Assembly: GCA_015061465.1 (NCBI GenBank) | Contig: SUWN01000005.1 | Span: 1,190-65,189, forward strand | Length of the DNA stretch: 64,000 nt | Source: Treponema bryantii | GTDB lineage: Bacteria > Spirochaetota > Spirochaetia > Treponematales > Treponemataceae | Direction of reading: 5' to 3' | Shown here: positions 20,100 through 30,336 of the stretch, piece by piece | Position numbering within the stretch: the first letter of the stretch is position 1 | Layout: every line of letters starts with the position of its first letter | Notes under the pieces: generated by a model | Databases searched by the model: none | What the model was told of the DNA's origin: nothing | The model's input: only the letters and a program-made list of their open reading frames with translations | Made by a program: the position numbers and the translations under genes

Positions 20100-21283
20100 A
20101 ATTCTCTAACTCCTTCGCTACTTGAACAGGTAAAAAATCCTCCTTCGTAGCCAATTATTTTTGTGTATTCTTCTTGTACATTTTTTATAAAAGCGTCTGT
20201 TTTATCTTTATGAACTAATGCAATTGCACATCCGCCAAAACCAGCGCCTGTCATTCTTGCGCCAATACATCCATCTTGCTTGCTAGCAACTTCTTTTAAA
20301 GTGTCTAGTTCAATTCCTGTTACTTCGTAATCATTTTTTAGAGAATCGTGTGATTCGTAAAGCAATTTTCCTAGTTGAACTAAATCGTTTTGCTTTAGTG
20401 CTTCCACAGCATCTAAAACACGTTTATTTTCTGTTACACAATGACGAACTCTTCTATATATAACATCATCTTTTATAAATGAACCGTATTTTTCAAAATC
20501 TTCTACAGACAACGAACACAAATCTTTTATATCAACTCCGTTTTGCTGCAAAATTGCAAGACCTTGTTCACATTGGCTTCGGCGTTCGTTGTATTTGGAA
20601 TCGGCAAGTTTTCGCTGCTTTTTTGTATTCATCACAACAAATCTATAATCACCCAAATTCAATGGAACAAATTCGTGAGTTATTGAAGCACAATCTAACA
20701 ATTCAGCTGTATTTTCTTGGGCTGTCGCAATTATATATTGGTCCATAATTCCGCAATTCACGTTCATAAATTCGTGTTCACTTTGCTGCCCCATGAGTGC
20801 AATTTCTTTTCTAGAAATATTAAATTCAAAAGTTTGATTTACAGCCCAAGCAAATCCACATTCCAAAGCTGATGATGAAGAAATTCCGCCAGCAGAAGGA
20901 ACGTTACTTGCAATTAGAACATCAAATCCACTCTCAAAAACATAACCGTGACGTTTGATAATGCTTAAAATTCCGTTTAAGAAATTTGCGTAATCGTTTT
21001 CTTTTTTGTAAACAAAATTATCGTTTATATCAAAAGTGAAATTTCCATCAAAAAATAAATCGTTGTAATTAATTAAAGTGTCGTTTCGTTTTCTGATTGC
21101 AACATAAAGATATTTGTCGATTGCAGCAGGAAAAACTTTTCCGCCGTTGTAATCGATGTGCTCACCGATAATATTTATTCTAGCAGGAGAAGCGAACATT
21201 TTTATTGCACTTGAATTTTCGCCATAAAGTTTTATGAATTCATTTTTTAGCAACTCTGGAGTTACAGTAATTTTTTCTTTCAT
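20096..21283 (-). CDS. galK: Galactokinase
   Basis: RINIIGEHIDYNGG, GISSSSALE, CGIMDQ, GARMTGAGFGG. Confidence 0.97.
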   Translation of the reverse strand: MKEKITVTPELLKNEFIKLYGENSSAIKMFASPARINIIGEHIDYNGGKVFPAAIDKYLYVAIRKRNDTLINYNDLFFDGNFTFDINDNFVYKKENDYANFLNGILSIIKRHGYVFESGFDVLIASNVPSAGGISSSSALECGFAWAVNQTFEFNISRKEIALMGQQSEHEFMNVNCGIMDQYIIATAQENTAELLDCASITHEFVPLNLGDYRFVVMNTKKQRKLADSKYNERRSQCEQGLAILQQNGVDIKDLCSLSVEDFEKYGSFIKDDVIYRRVRHCVTENKRVLDAVEALKQNDLVQLGKLLYESHDSLKNDYEVTGIELDTLKEVASKQDGCIGARMTGAGFGGCAIALVHKDKTDAFIKNVQEEYTKIIGYEGGFFTCSSSEGVREL

Positions 21284-21393
21284 AAGATAATTCTACTACA
21301 TTCATTTAGGATTATCAAACAACTTTAAATCAATTTTTGAGCAACTTGCAATTAAGTTTGCATAGTAGTATTCTAAAATCAAGAGGTTATTAT

Positions 21394-22425
21394 ATGTCAT
21401 TTGTAGATGAATTATTGAACAAATCAAAACAAGCTAACAAAACAATCGTTCTTTGCGAAGGTGAAGATAAACGTGTTGTAGAAGCTGCTAGCAAAATTGT
21501 AAAAGATGGAATTGCAAAAATCATTTTGATTGGAACAAAAGAAGAATGTGAAAGTGTTGCTCCTGGCATAGATTTAACAGGAATTCAAATTGTAGATCCA
21601 GCAACATCTTCAGAAACAGATAAATATGCTGAACTTTTATTTAAAGCTCGTGAAGGCAAAATCAACAAAAAAACAGGAAATCCTGAATACGCAACTGTTG
21701 AAGATGCAAAAAATTATATTTTAAAAGACAGAACTATGTTTGGTGCTTTAATCTTAAAAGCAGGGGACGCAGACGGTTTTGTAAGTGGTGCTTGCCATTC
21801 AACAGCAAATACATTAAGACCTGGTTTGCAAGTTATAAAAACAGCACCTGGAATTAAAACTGTTTCTTCTAGTTTTATTATGGTTGCTCCAGAATGTGGA
21901 AATCCATATATTCCAGAAGGCGTTTGTGTAATGGGAGACTGTGCTATTAATATTGAACCTTCAGCAGAAGAACTTGCAGACATTGCAATTGCATCTGCTG
22001 ACACAGCAAAGAAAATTGCAGGAATTGAACCACGCGTAGCAATGCTTTCATTCTCTACAAAAGGTTCTGGAAACGATGATAAATTCTTTAAATCAGTTCC
22101 AAAAATGCAAGAAGCTACAAATATTGCAAAAGAAAAAGCTCCTGATTTAGCATTAGATGGAGAATTCCAATTCGACGCTGCTGTTGCTCCAGAAGTTGGT
22201 GAATTAAAAGCACCAGGAAGCAAAGTTGCAGGTCATGCAAACGTTTTTGTTTTCCCAAATATCAACGCAGGAAACATCGGTTATAAAATCTGCCAAAGAA
22301 TGGGTGGATGGATGGCAATCGGACCAATTTGTCAGGGATTTGCAAAACCTCTTAACGATTTGAGCCGCGGTTGTTCAGTAGAAGACATTATTGCAACAGT
22401 AGCAGTAACAGCTTTACAAGCATAA
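21394..22425 (+). CDS. pta: Phosphate acetyltransferase
   Basis: VSGACHSTA, DCAINIEP, VAMLSFST, DGEFQFDAA, GNIGYK, NDLSRG; ATG 21394 follows a GAGG SD. Confidence 0.95.
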   Translation: MSFVDELLNKSKQANKTIVLCEGEDKRVVEAASKIVKDGIAKIILIGTKEECESVAPGIDLTGIQIVDPATSSETDKYAELLFKAREGKINKKTGNPEYATVEDAKNYILKDRTMFGALILKAGDADGFVSGACHSTANTLRPGLQVIKTAPGIKTVSSSFIMVAPECGNPYIPEGVCVMGDCAINIEPSAEELADIAIASADTAKKIAGIEPRVAMLSFSTKGSGNDDKFFKSVPKMQEATNIAKEKAPDLALDGEFQFDAAVAPEVGELKAPGSKVAGHANVFVFPNINAGNIGYKICQRMGGWMAIGPICQGFAKPLNDLSRGCSVEDIIATVAVTALQA

Positions 22426-22484
22426 TCTTCGTTGAATAAAAATTAAACATAATTTTTTTTAATATTTCATGCTATAATATAAAT

Positions 22485-23213
22485 ATGAAAACTTTTAATC
22501 CAAACAGTACATTTATTTATATTGTAGCTGGAATTGTTATTTTATTTGTTCTTGCCCAGTCTGTTTTCTTTTTGATTAAATCAATTAGGCGAGCAAAACA
22601 AATAAATATGAACATGAAAACTGTTGCAAAAACAATCGGTTCTACAACAGTTTTTACTTTAGCACCAGCTTTTTCTATTTTATTGGGAGTTGTTACTCTA
22701 TCTGGATTTTTGGGACTTCCACTTCCTTGGATTCGTCTTAGCGTAATTGGAGCAATCACTTACGAACTTCCAGCAGCAACTTCAACAGCAAACGCATTAG
22801 GAATTTCCCTTTCTGAAATGATTTCTGACCCAAAAGTTTACACAGCAATTGCATGGGTTATGACTTTAGGAATTTTGCCAAGCATAATTTTAACTCCAAT
22901 CCTTATAAAAAAAGTACAAAATGGAATTGTAAAAATCCAAGCCAAAGATTCTAAATGGGGCGATATTTTTATGACTTCACTTTTTATGGGAATGATTTCT
23001 GCATTCAGTGGAATGGTTTTCTCTCATGTTACGGAAGGAATAAAAGGATTTTTGCCAGTTTGTGTTTTAGCAGTTTCTGCAATCGTTATGGCAATTTGTG
23101 GATTGCTCGTAAAAAAAGCAAAAATCACTTGGCTAGAAAATTACGCAATGCCTTTTTCTATGTTGATTTCAATGGCATTTGCAGTTTTAATTGCGCCACT
23201 TTTTGGAGTGTAA
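22485..23213 (+). CDS. DUF5058-like integral membrane protein
   Basis: LPWIRLSVIGAITYE motif; multiple TM helices. Confidence 0.75.
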   Translation: MKTFNPNSTFIYIVAGIVILFVLAQSVFFLIKSIRRAKQINMNMKTVAKTIGSTTVFTLAPAFSILLGVVTLSGFLGLPLPWIRLSVIGAITYELPAATSTANALGISLSEMISDPKVYTAIAWVMTLGILPSIILTPILIKKVQNGIVKIQAKDSKWGDIFMTSLFMGMISAFSGMVFSHVTEGIKGFLPVCVLAVSAIVMAICGLLVKKAKITWLENYAMPFSMLISMAFAVLIAPLFGV

Positions 23214-23216
23214 ATT

Positions 23217-23888
23217 ATGAGTGAAATAAAATCATACGAAGAATATTCAAAAGAAATTCACAAAAATGGTCAATTTTGGATTTGGAGCGCCGCATGTTTT
23301 ATCCTTTTTGTTCCAATTTCAATTTGTCTTTATTATAATGCATGGCCTTCTGCAAGCGCTGTTTTAAAAGGACTTTTGGGAGTTGCTCCTATTTATTGGA
23401 CAGTTGGTGTTATAGAAATCATCACATTTACACCAATGCTTGGGACAGGTGGAACTTATTTGAGTTTTGTAACAGGAAACGTAACCGCACTAAAAGTTCC
23501 TGCCGCATTAAATGCAATGGAAAGCGCTGGTGTAAAATCAGGTAGTGAAGAAGGAGAAATAATCTCTACAATTGCTATTGCAACCGCTTCGATTGTTACA
23601 ACGATAGTAATTGCTGTAGGAATTTTTGCATTTGCGGCGTTACAACCAGTTTTATCTTCACCAGTTTTAAAACCTGCGTTCGACAATATTCTACCAGCAT
23701 TATTTGGTGGATTAGGCGTTGTTTATATCAGCAAAAACTGGAAAGTCGCAATTGCGCCAGTTACATTCATGATAATTCTTTTTATTGCAGTTCCAAGTCT
23801 TGCAAGTTCAGTTGGAATTTTAGTTCCTGTAGGAATTTTAATTTCACTTGGCGTTGCACGAATTATGTACAAGAAAAATTTATTATAA
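23217..23888 (+). CDS. Integral membrane protein, partner of the DUF5058-like gene
   Basis: P.LG.GGTYLSFVTGN...LKVPAA motif; 3-bp gap from the upstream gene. Confidence 0.7.
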   Translation: MSEIKSYEEYSKEIHKNGQFWIWSAACFILFVPISICLYYNAWPSASAVLKGLLGVAPIYWTVGVIEIITFTPMLGTGGTYLSFVTGNVTALKVPAALNAMESAGVKSGSEEGEIISTIAIATASIVTTIVIAVGIFAFAALQPVLSSPVLKPAFDNILPALFGGLGVVYISKNWKVAIAPVTFMIILFIAVPSLASSVGILVPVGILISLGVARIMYKKNLL

Positions 23889-23904
23889 AAAATGGACGTA
23901 ATAC

Positions 23905-24822
23905 ATGAAAAGCGATTCAAAAAAATTAATTGATATTTTACGAATTACACTTTATTACGCAATAGCAACTTTTTTTGCAATCAAATTTTTTGAGATTTTT
24001 TCTGATTTAGGAACATTTTCTTTCTATATAAACGTTTTGATTACAGATGTTATTGCAACAATTATTATCTTCTGTTTTAGTTGCATAAAAAGAAATGCTT
24101 CCGTTTATGATCCATATTGGAGCGTTCAGCCGATTGTGATTTTATCCTGCTTTTTATTTGGACCTAATAGAGGAAAACATTCATTTTTGCCAATTTATTT
24201 ATTTTGTATAATTTGTTTTTGGGGAATTAGACTAACATTAAATTGGGCATATACATTCAAAAATTTACAAACACAAGATTGGCGTTACACAATGTTAAAA
24301 GAAAAAACTAAGAAATTTTATCCATTTGTAAACTTTTTTGGCATTCATCTTGTTCCAACATTGATTGTTTACGCTTGTACAATTCCTGCAATTTACGCAA
24401 TAAATATTCCTTTAGCAAAATTGAATGTTTACAGCATAATTTTTGGGGCAATTTCAATTTGTGCAGTAATTTTACAAGGAATTTCTGATTATCAAATGCA
24501 CAAATTCCGAAAAGAAAAAGCTCAAAATCCTGAGACAACACCTCAATTCATAAGAAACGGACTTTGGAAATATTCACGCCATCCAAATTATTTGGGCGAA
24601 ATTATTATGTGGTGGGGAATTGCATTAGCAGTAGTTTGTGTAGTTCCACATCAGTGGTATTTGATTATAGGAGCATTTATAAACACATGTTTATTTTTAT
24701 TCATCAGTATCCCAATGGCAGACAAACGTCAATCACAAAAACAAGGATTTGATGAATACAAAAAACAAACAAGAATGTTATTACCAATAGCAGTGAACAA
24801 AAAATCGGAAAAATCTAATTAA
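23905..24822 (+). CDS. DUF1295 / steroid 5-alpha-reductase-like membrane protein
   Basis: NASVYDPYWS, WGIRLT, DWRY, GLWKYSRHPNYLGE. Confidence 0.88.
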   Translation: MKSDSKKLIDILRITLYYAIATFFAIKFFEIFSDLGTFSFYINVLITDVIATIIIFCFSCIKRNASVYDPYWSVQPIVILSCFLFGPNRGKHSFLPIYLFCIICFWGIRLTLNWAYTFKNLQTQDWRYTMLKEKTKKFYPFVNFFGIHLVPTLIVYACTIPAIYAINIPLAKLNVYSIIFGAISICAVILQGISDYQMHKFRKEKAQNPETTPQFIRNGLWKYSRHPNYLGEIIMWWGIALAVVCVVPHQWYLIIGAFINTCLFLFISIPMADKRQSQKQGFDEYKKQTRMLLPIAVNKKSEKSN

Positions 24823-24842
24823 ATTTTTTTGCGAGGTTTAAT

Positions 24843-26399
24843 ATGAAAATACCAGCTTGGCTTGAAAATGCAATTTTTTACGAAATTTATCCACAATCAT
24901 TTATGGATTCTAACAACGACGGAATTGGTGATTTTAAAGGAATTATTCAAAAATTAGATTACATCAAAGAACTTGGTTGTAATGCAATTTGGATGAATCC
25001 TTGTTTTGATTCACCTTTTGGCGATGCGGGTTACGATGTTGCCGATTATTACAAAGCAGCTCCTCGCTACGGAACAAATGATGATTTGAAACTTTTGTTT
25101 GAAGAAGTTCATAAACGCGGAATGCATATTTTGCTTGATTTAGTTCCGGGGCACACTTCTACTGAACACAAATGGTTCAAAGAATCATTAAAAGCAGAAA
25201 AAAACGAATTTTCAGACCGTTACGTTTGGACAGATTCCATTTGGGAAGAGCCAGAAGGAATGGGATGTATTCGGGGCATTTCTGACAGAGACGGCTCTTG
25301 TGCAGTAAACTTTTTTTCTCACCAACCAGCGTTAAATTATGGTTTTTATAATCCAAACCCAGAAAAAAAATGGCAACAACCAATGGATGCACCTGGTCCA
25401 CAAGCAACTTTGCAGGCAATGAAAGATGTTATGGCATTTTGGCTTAAAATGGGTTGCGATGGTTTTAGAGTTGATATGGCAGGTTCTCTTGTAAAACATG
25501 ATGAAAACAGCAAAGGAACAATTTCTTTATGGCAAAATGTCAGAGAATTTTTAGATAAAGAATTTCCAGATGCAGCAATGATTTCTGAATGGGGCGAACC
25601 AGATAAATCCATTTTGGGCGGTTTCCATATGGATTTTTTGCTTCATTTTGGACCATCACATTACAATGATTTATTCAGATGTGAACAGCCTTATTTTTCA
25701 TCTAGAGGAAAAGGCACTGCTTTTGAATTCATCAAAAAATATAAAGAAAATTACGAAAAATCTGATAAAAAAGGTTTGATTTGTATTCCTTCTGGAAATC
25801 ATGATATGGACCGCCTAGCCCGTCATCTTTCTGTAGAAGAAATGAAAGTCGCTTTTGCTTTCTTACTCACAATGCCCGGCGCACCTTTTATTTATTACGG
25901 GGACGAAATTGGAATGCGTTACGTAGAAAATCTAATTTCTGTAGAAGGCGGCTATGGAAGAACAGGGTCTCGCTCCCCAATGCAATGGGATAATTCAACA
26001 AATGCAGGCTTCAGTCTTGCACCAAAAGAAAAATTGTACATTCCTCAAGATGAATCTTCTGACAGACCAACTGTAGAATCACAAATGAAAGACGAAAATT
26101 CTTTATGGAAAGAAATTCAAAAATTAATAAAAGTGCGCCAAGAAACCCCACTTTTACAAAATCTTGCTGAAATTGAATTCCTTTCAGATGGAAGCACTTA
26201 TCCTTTAGTTTACCAGCGTATAGAAAAATCAACTCAAGAAAAAATCACTGTGATTTTAAATCCAAGTGAAAAAGAATGTAGTTATAAAATTGAAGACGGT
26301 CAAATAATTTGTTCAAATTCATCAAAAGCAAAAATTGATAAAAAAGACGGAAAGATTTTTGTTCCGCCAGTTTCTTACGCAATTGTAAAAAATCAATAA
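24843..26399 (+). CDS. Glycoside hydrolase family 13 (alpha-glucosidase/amylase-like)
   Basis: YEIYPQSF.DSN.DGIGD, DLVPGHTS, DGFRVDMA, SEW, NHD, YYGDEIGM. Confidence 0.92.
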   Translation: MKIPAWLENAIFYEIYPQSFMDSNNDGIGDFKGIIQKLDYIKELGCNAIWMNPCFDSPFGDAGYDVADYYKAAPRYGTNDDLKLLFEEVHKRGMHILLDLVPGHTSTEHKWFKESLKAEKNEFSDRYVWTDSIWEEPEGMGCIRGISDRDGSCAVNFFSHQPALNYGFYNPNPEKKWQQPMDAPGPQATLQAMKDVMAFWLKMGCDGFRVDMAGSLVKHDENSKGTISLWQNVREFLDKEFPDAAMISEWGEPDKSILGGFHMDFLLHFGPSHYNDLFRCEQPYFSSRGKGTAFEFIKKYKENYEKSDKKGLICIPSGNHDMDRLARHLSVEEMKVAFAFLLTMPGAPFIYYGDEIGMRYVENLISVEGGYGRTGSRSPMQWDNSTNAGFSLAPKEKLYIPQDESSDRPTVESQMKDENSLWKEIQKLIKVRQETPLLQNLAEIEFLSDGSTYPLVYQRIEKSTQEKITVILNPSEKECSYKIEDGQIICSNSSKAKIDKKDGKIFVPPVSYAIVKNQ

Positions 26400-27229
26400 T
26401 TTAAATTTTGCCTAGTAGTGTTTTTTGCGCTGCTAGGTGAATTTTTAAAATATTTTGCATACGCTCTGTAAAATGAAGAATAATCAGAAAATCCACATTC
26501 AAAACAAGCATCTTGAGATGTTTTTCCGTTACTAATCATTTCTTTTGCGGCGGTAAGTCGTTTTCGTAAAATATATTCCCAAGGTGAAGAGCCCACATTA
26601 TTTTTAAAAATCCGAGTTAATTGTGATGTGCTCAAATTAAAATGTTCTGCAATTGAACAGACGGTAATTTCTTCAAAAAGATGTTTGTTCACGTATTTTA
26701 TTGCACGTTCAGAAATTGTCTGACTTTTTTGTTCCGATTTTTGTTTTTCAGAAAATGCTTTTTGTAGCAAAAATAAAATCATTCCCAAATGAGTATGAAT
26801 TGTCAGTTTTTTTTCAGAAAAAGTTTTTGCGTCTATCATTTGAAAAAAAAGATTTTTTACAAGATTCATATCAAGGTCAGCTTCTGTAAATAAATTATCT
26901 TTTCCAAGCGCTCTGTCTAAAAAAGGTTTTGTCAATTTTTTTTCGGTATCAAATTCTTGTAAAAAAGAAAGCGGAAAATTAATTGCAAAACGTTCATATT
27001 TTTCATTTTTTAAGATTTTTGCAGTGTGAGATTCAGAAGGTCGCATTATTAAAATAGAATTTTCATCAAGCGGATAAATTGAGCCTTCCACCAAATAATC
27101 AACTTTGCCACAAATAAAAAAATAGATTTCACAGCGGTCATGAATGTGCATATTGTAATGTGTTGGTTCTGGATTTTCATCAATTGCGTGACGAATGTAA
27201 ATGTTTTCAAAGTTATATTCATTTAGCAT
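26393..27229 (-). CDS. AraC family transcriptional regulator
   Basis: N-terminal cupin H.H...EI; C-terminal CGFSDYSSFYRAY. Confidence 0.92.
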   Translation of the reverse strand: MLNEYNFENIYIRHAIDENPEPTHYNMHIHDRCEIYFFICGKVDYLVEGSIYPLDENSILIMRPSESHTAKILKNEKYERFAINFPLSFLQEFDTEKKLTKPFLDRALGKDNLFTEADLDMNLVKNLFFQMIDAKTFSEKKLTIHTHLGMILFLLQKAFSEKQKSEQKSQTISERAIKYVNKHLFEEITVCSIAEHFNLSTSQLTRIFKNNVGSSPWEYILRKRLTAAKEMISNGKTSQDACFECGFSDYSSFYRAYAKYFKNSPSSAKNTTRQNLNY

Positions 27230-27353
27230 ATTTGAATTTTATCACAAATGCGCGAATTTACAATATATTTTGCAATTTTTAACAATGTTAATGTAAAAAC
27301 TTCCGTGCTAGGATAAATTATCGCATTAAAAACAATTTTTGGAGGTGTGATTT

Positions 27354-28175
27354 ATGAACAAAAAATTAGCGGCATTCGCAGATGAAGCCGACGGACAAAT
27401 TGACGGGCAAATCAAAGCAATGGTTGAAAATCAGATTTCTTATTTAGAAATTCGAGGCGTTGATGGGCAAAATATTGCAGATATTTCAATTTCTAAAGCA
27501 AAAGAAGTTTTAGAAAAATTGAACGATAACGGTCTAAAAGTTTGGTCACTTGGTTCACCTTTTGGAAAAATTGGCATAAACGATGATTTTGAATCTCATC
27601 TTGATAAATTCAAAAAAGGTTTGGAAATTGCACACACACTTGAAGCAAAAAATATCCGTTTGTTCAGTTTTTATGTTCCTTCTTCTGAAGCAGAAAAATA
27701 CAAAGATAAGGTTTTTGCACAACTTCAAAAATTTGTTGAAGCAGCAAAAGGAAGCAACATCACATTATGTCACGAAAACGAAAAAGGCATTTACGGTGAT
27801 ATTGCAACTCGTTGTGAAGAAATTCATAAAAATGTTCCAGAATTAAAAGCGATTTTTGACCCAGCAAACTTTATCCAAAGCGGACAAAACACAACAGAAG
27901 CCTGGGAAAAACTTTCGCCTTACGTTGAATATATGCACATAAAAGATGCTTTAGAAGATGGAAAAGTCGTTCCTGCTGGAAAAGGAATTGGAAATCTTCC
28001 ATATCTTTTGAGCAAATACAAAGGTGAAGTTTTAACACTTGAACCACATCTTTCCGTTTTTTCTGGCTTTGAAAAACTGGAAGGAAATCAAAAAACACAA
28101 ATTGATGAATACAGTTATCCATCATCGAGAGCCGCCTTTGATGCAGCTGTAAACGCACTAAAAGAATTGCTGTAA
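27354..28175 (+). CDS. Sugar phosphate isomerase/epimerase (xylose-isomerase-like TIM barrel)
   Basis: AFADE, CHENEKGIYG, FDPANF, MHIKDA, LEPH. Confidence 0.88.
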   Translation: MNKKLAAFADEADGQIDGQIKAMVENQISYLEIRGVDGQNIADISISKAKEVLEKLNDNGLKVWSLGSPFGKIGINDDFESHLDKFKKGLEIAHTLEAKNIRLFSFYVPSSEAEKYKDKVFAQLQKFVEAAKGSNITLCHENEKGIYGDIATRCEEIHKNVPELKAIFDPANFIQSGQNTTEAWEKLSPYVEYMHIKDALEDGKVVPAGKGIGNLPYLLSKYKGEVLTLEPHLSVFSGFEKLEGNQKTQIDEYSYPSSRAAFDAAVNALKELL

Positions 28176-28204
28176 AAGAAATGCAGAACCTATAGGAGAA
28201 AAAT

Positions 28205-29314
28205 ATGGAAAAAATTAGACTTGGAATTATTGGAATGGGAAATATGGGAAGTGGGCATTTTAGAAATGTTCAAGAAGGTAAATGTCCTTCAGTAGAAGTA
28301 ACTGCACTTTGCGATATAAACCCAGAAAAATTAGAAAAACACAAAGATGTAAAATGCTTCACTTCTTCAAAAGAATTATTTGAAAGTGGACTTGTTGATG
28401 CAGTTTTAATCGCAGTTCCTCATTATGATCATCCAAAAATTGCAATTGAAGCATTTAATTATAAAGTTCATGTTTTAACAGAAAAACCTGCTGGAGTTTA
28501 TGCAAGACAAGTTAGAGAAATGAACGAAGCCGCAAAAAAATCAGGCGTTAAATTTGGAATTATGTTTAATCAAAGAACAAATCCAATGTACGCAAAAGCA
28601 AAAGAAATTGTTCAAAGCGGGAAACTTGGAGAACTAAAAAGATTAGTTTGGATTATTACAAACTGGTATAGAACTCAAGCTTATTATGATTCAGGAAGTT
28701 GGCGTGCAACTTGGAACGGTGAAGGTGGCGGAGTTTTATTAAATCAAGCTCCACACAATTTGGACTTGTGGCAATGGATTTTTGGAATGCCAAAAAGAGT
28801 GCGCGCTTTCTGTAGCATTGGAAAGTATCACAAAATTGACGTAGAAGATGATGTAACAATCTATGGGGAATACGAAAACGGCGCAACTGCAACATTTATT
28901 TCTACAACGGGGGAAGCACCTGGAACAAATCGTTTGGAAATTTCGGGAGATAAAGGAAAAATCGTAATAGAAGAAGGAAAACTTAAATGGTGGAAACTTG
29001 AAGAATCTGAAAGAGAATTCTGTTTTTCTGCAACAGAAGGATTTGTTTCGCCAAAAGTTCAATATGAAGAATATTCAGAAAAAGAACCAGAAGGACATCC
29101 ACAAGTTTTGGAAGCTTTTGCACAATCAATTTTGAACGGAACAGAAATGATTGCTAAAGGTGAAGAAGGATTAAATTCACTTTCAATTTCAAATGCCGCT
29201 TATCTTTCTTCTTGGACAAACGATTGGGCAGAAATTCCAACTGATGAAGCTTTGTTTGAAAAATACTTAAACGATTTGTGTGAAAAAGAAAAACAAAAGC
29301 CTCAAAAAAAGTAA
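28205..29314 (+). CDS. Gfo/Idh/MocA family oxidoreductase
   Basis: GIIGMGNMG, PHYDH, HVLTEKP, GGGVLLNQAPHNLD. Confidence 0.93.
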   Translation: MEKIRLGIIGMGNMGSGHFRNVQEGKCPSVEVTALCDINPEKLEKHKDVKCFTSSKELFESGLVDAVLIAVPHYDHPKIAIEAFNYKVHVLTEKPAGVYARQVREMNEAAKKSGVKFGIMFNQRTNPMYAKAKEIVQSGKLGELKRLVWIITNWYRTQAYYDSGSWRATWNGEGGGVLLNQAPHNLDLWQWIFGMPKRVRAFCSIGKYHKIDVEDDVTIYGEYENGATATFISTTGEAPGTNRLEISGDKGKIVIEEGKLKWWKLEESEREFCFSATEGFVSPKVQYEEYSEKEPEGHPQVLEAFAQSILNGTEMIAKGEEGLNSLSISNAAYLSSWTNDWAEIPTDEALFEKYLNDLCEKEKQKPQKK

Positions 29315-29319
29315 TTAAA

Positions 29320-29353
29320 GCTCACAAAGAACCGTTGGAAAAACTTTGTGAGC
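29320..29353. terminator. Hairpin between the convergent oxidoreductase and mntP genes
   Basis: gctcacaaag-14 nt-ctttgtgagc perfect 10-bp stem; weak U-tracts. Confidence 0.55.
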
Positions 29354-29416
29354 GTTGGAAAGTCAGGTGGTAGCAAGAGATTTTATTTCATAAAAACTGA
29401 TAAATATATCGATTTT

Positions 29417-30004
29417 CTACATAAAACTTGTTATAAAAATCTCCAAGCCAATCACAATTAAAATTATGCCGCCAAGAATTCCAGCTTTGGCGGCAAGTTT
29501 TGTTCCTGCTTTTTTTCCAATTGCAAGGCCTGCATAACAAATAAAAAATGTAACAATTCCAATCAAAAGGCAGGCGAGCAATGATTCCAAACAATTATAT
29601 TCAGAAATTGTAAAACCAACAGAAAGCGCGTCTATTGAAGTTGCAATTCCTTGAATCAAAAGTGCTTTTATTCCTACACCAATTTTTTCTTCTTCATCAG
29701 AATCTTTATTTTTAATTCCTTCGTAAAGCATTTTTCCACCAATGTAGCCGAGCAAAACCAGCGCAATCCACGGAATAAATTTTTGAAAAGCACAAAAAAT
29801 TTTTGCAATTGTAGTAACACAAATCCAGCCGGCCATTGGCATTACAAACTGAAAAATTGCAAAAACACTAGCAACGCCGCACATTTTTTTTTGCTTCATA
29901 GTTGGTTCATTCAACCCATTTGCAAGCGAAACCGAAAACGCATCCATTGCAAGCCCTACTCCCAACATAATACTTTTAAAAAAGAACGAAAAACCCAAGT
30001 TCAT
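29417..30004 (-). CDS. mntP: Manganese efflux pump
   Basis: GLAMDAFSVS, FQFVMP, IATSIDALSVG, GGIILIVIG; yybP-ykoY riboswitch upstream. Confidence 0.93.
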   Translation of the reverse strand: MNLGFSFFFKSIMLGVGLAMDAFSVSLANGLNEPTMKQKKMCGVASVFAIFQFVMPMAGWICVTTIAKIFCAFQKFIPWIALVLLGYIGGKMLYEGIKNKDSDEEEKIGVGIKALLIQGIATSIDALSVGFTISEYNCLESLLACLLIGIVTFFICYAGLAIGKKAGTKLAAKAGILGGIILIVIGLEIFITSFM

Positions 30005-30027
30005 AAAAAATCCTTAAACTGAAAGTT

Positions 30028-30069
30028 AAAAAATAAAACCCAAGTACAGCAAAAACTATACTCAGGTTT
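30028..30069 (-). terminator. Riboswitch-controlled intrinsic terminator in the mntP leader
   Basis: Minus strand AAACCUGAGUAUAG-UUUUUG-CUGUACUUGGGUUU (14 bp), then UAUUUUUU. Confidence 0.8.
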
Positions 30070-30110
30070 ATCAATTAAAAAATATGGACCTCATGCATAG
30101 TTTTTCTATA

Positions 30111-30192
30111 CATGAGTCTCGCAATTTAAAACAAGCCAGACCAAAGGCCAGTATGTTGACTTGTTACGATATTCGTCTGCTACTCCCTCATG
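30111..30192 (-). promoter_or_regulatory. yybP-ykoY manganese riboswitch aptamer
   Basis: Minus strand CAUGAG-GGAGUAGC...GUCAACAUAC-UGGC...GCGAGA-CUCAUG, upstream of mntP. Confidence 0.88.
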
Positions 30193-30336
30193 GGTAATAA
30201 ATTTATTCTATCAGTATTTTTTTCCCATGTCAAATGGAGGGAAATTGAAAAAGGTTGTTTGTTTGTTTGATTTTATTTCAATTTGTGTTACTATCTTCTA
30301 TATAAAATTATTTTCTATATGAGGAGAATTATTATT

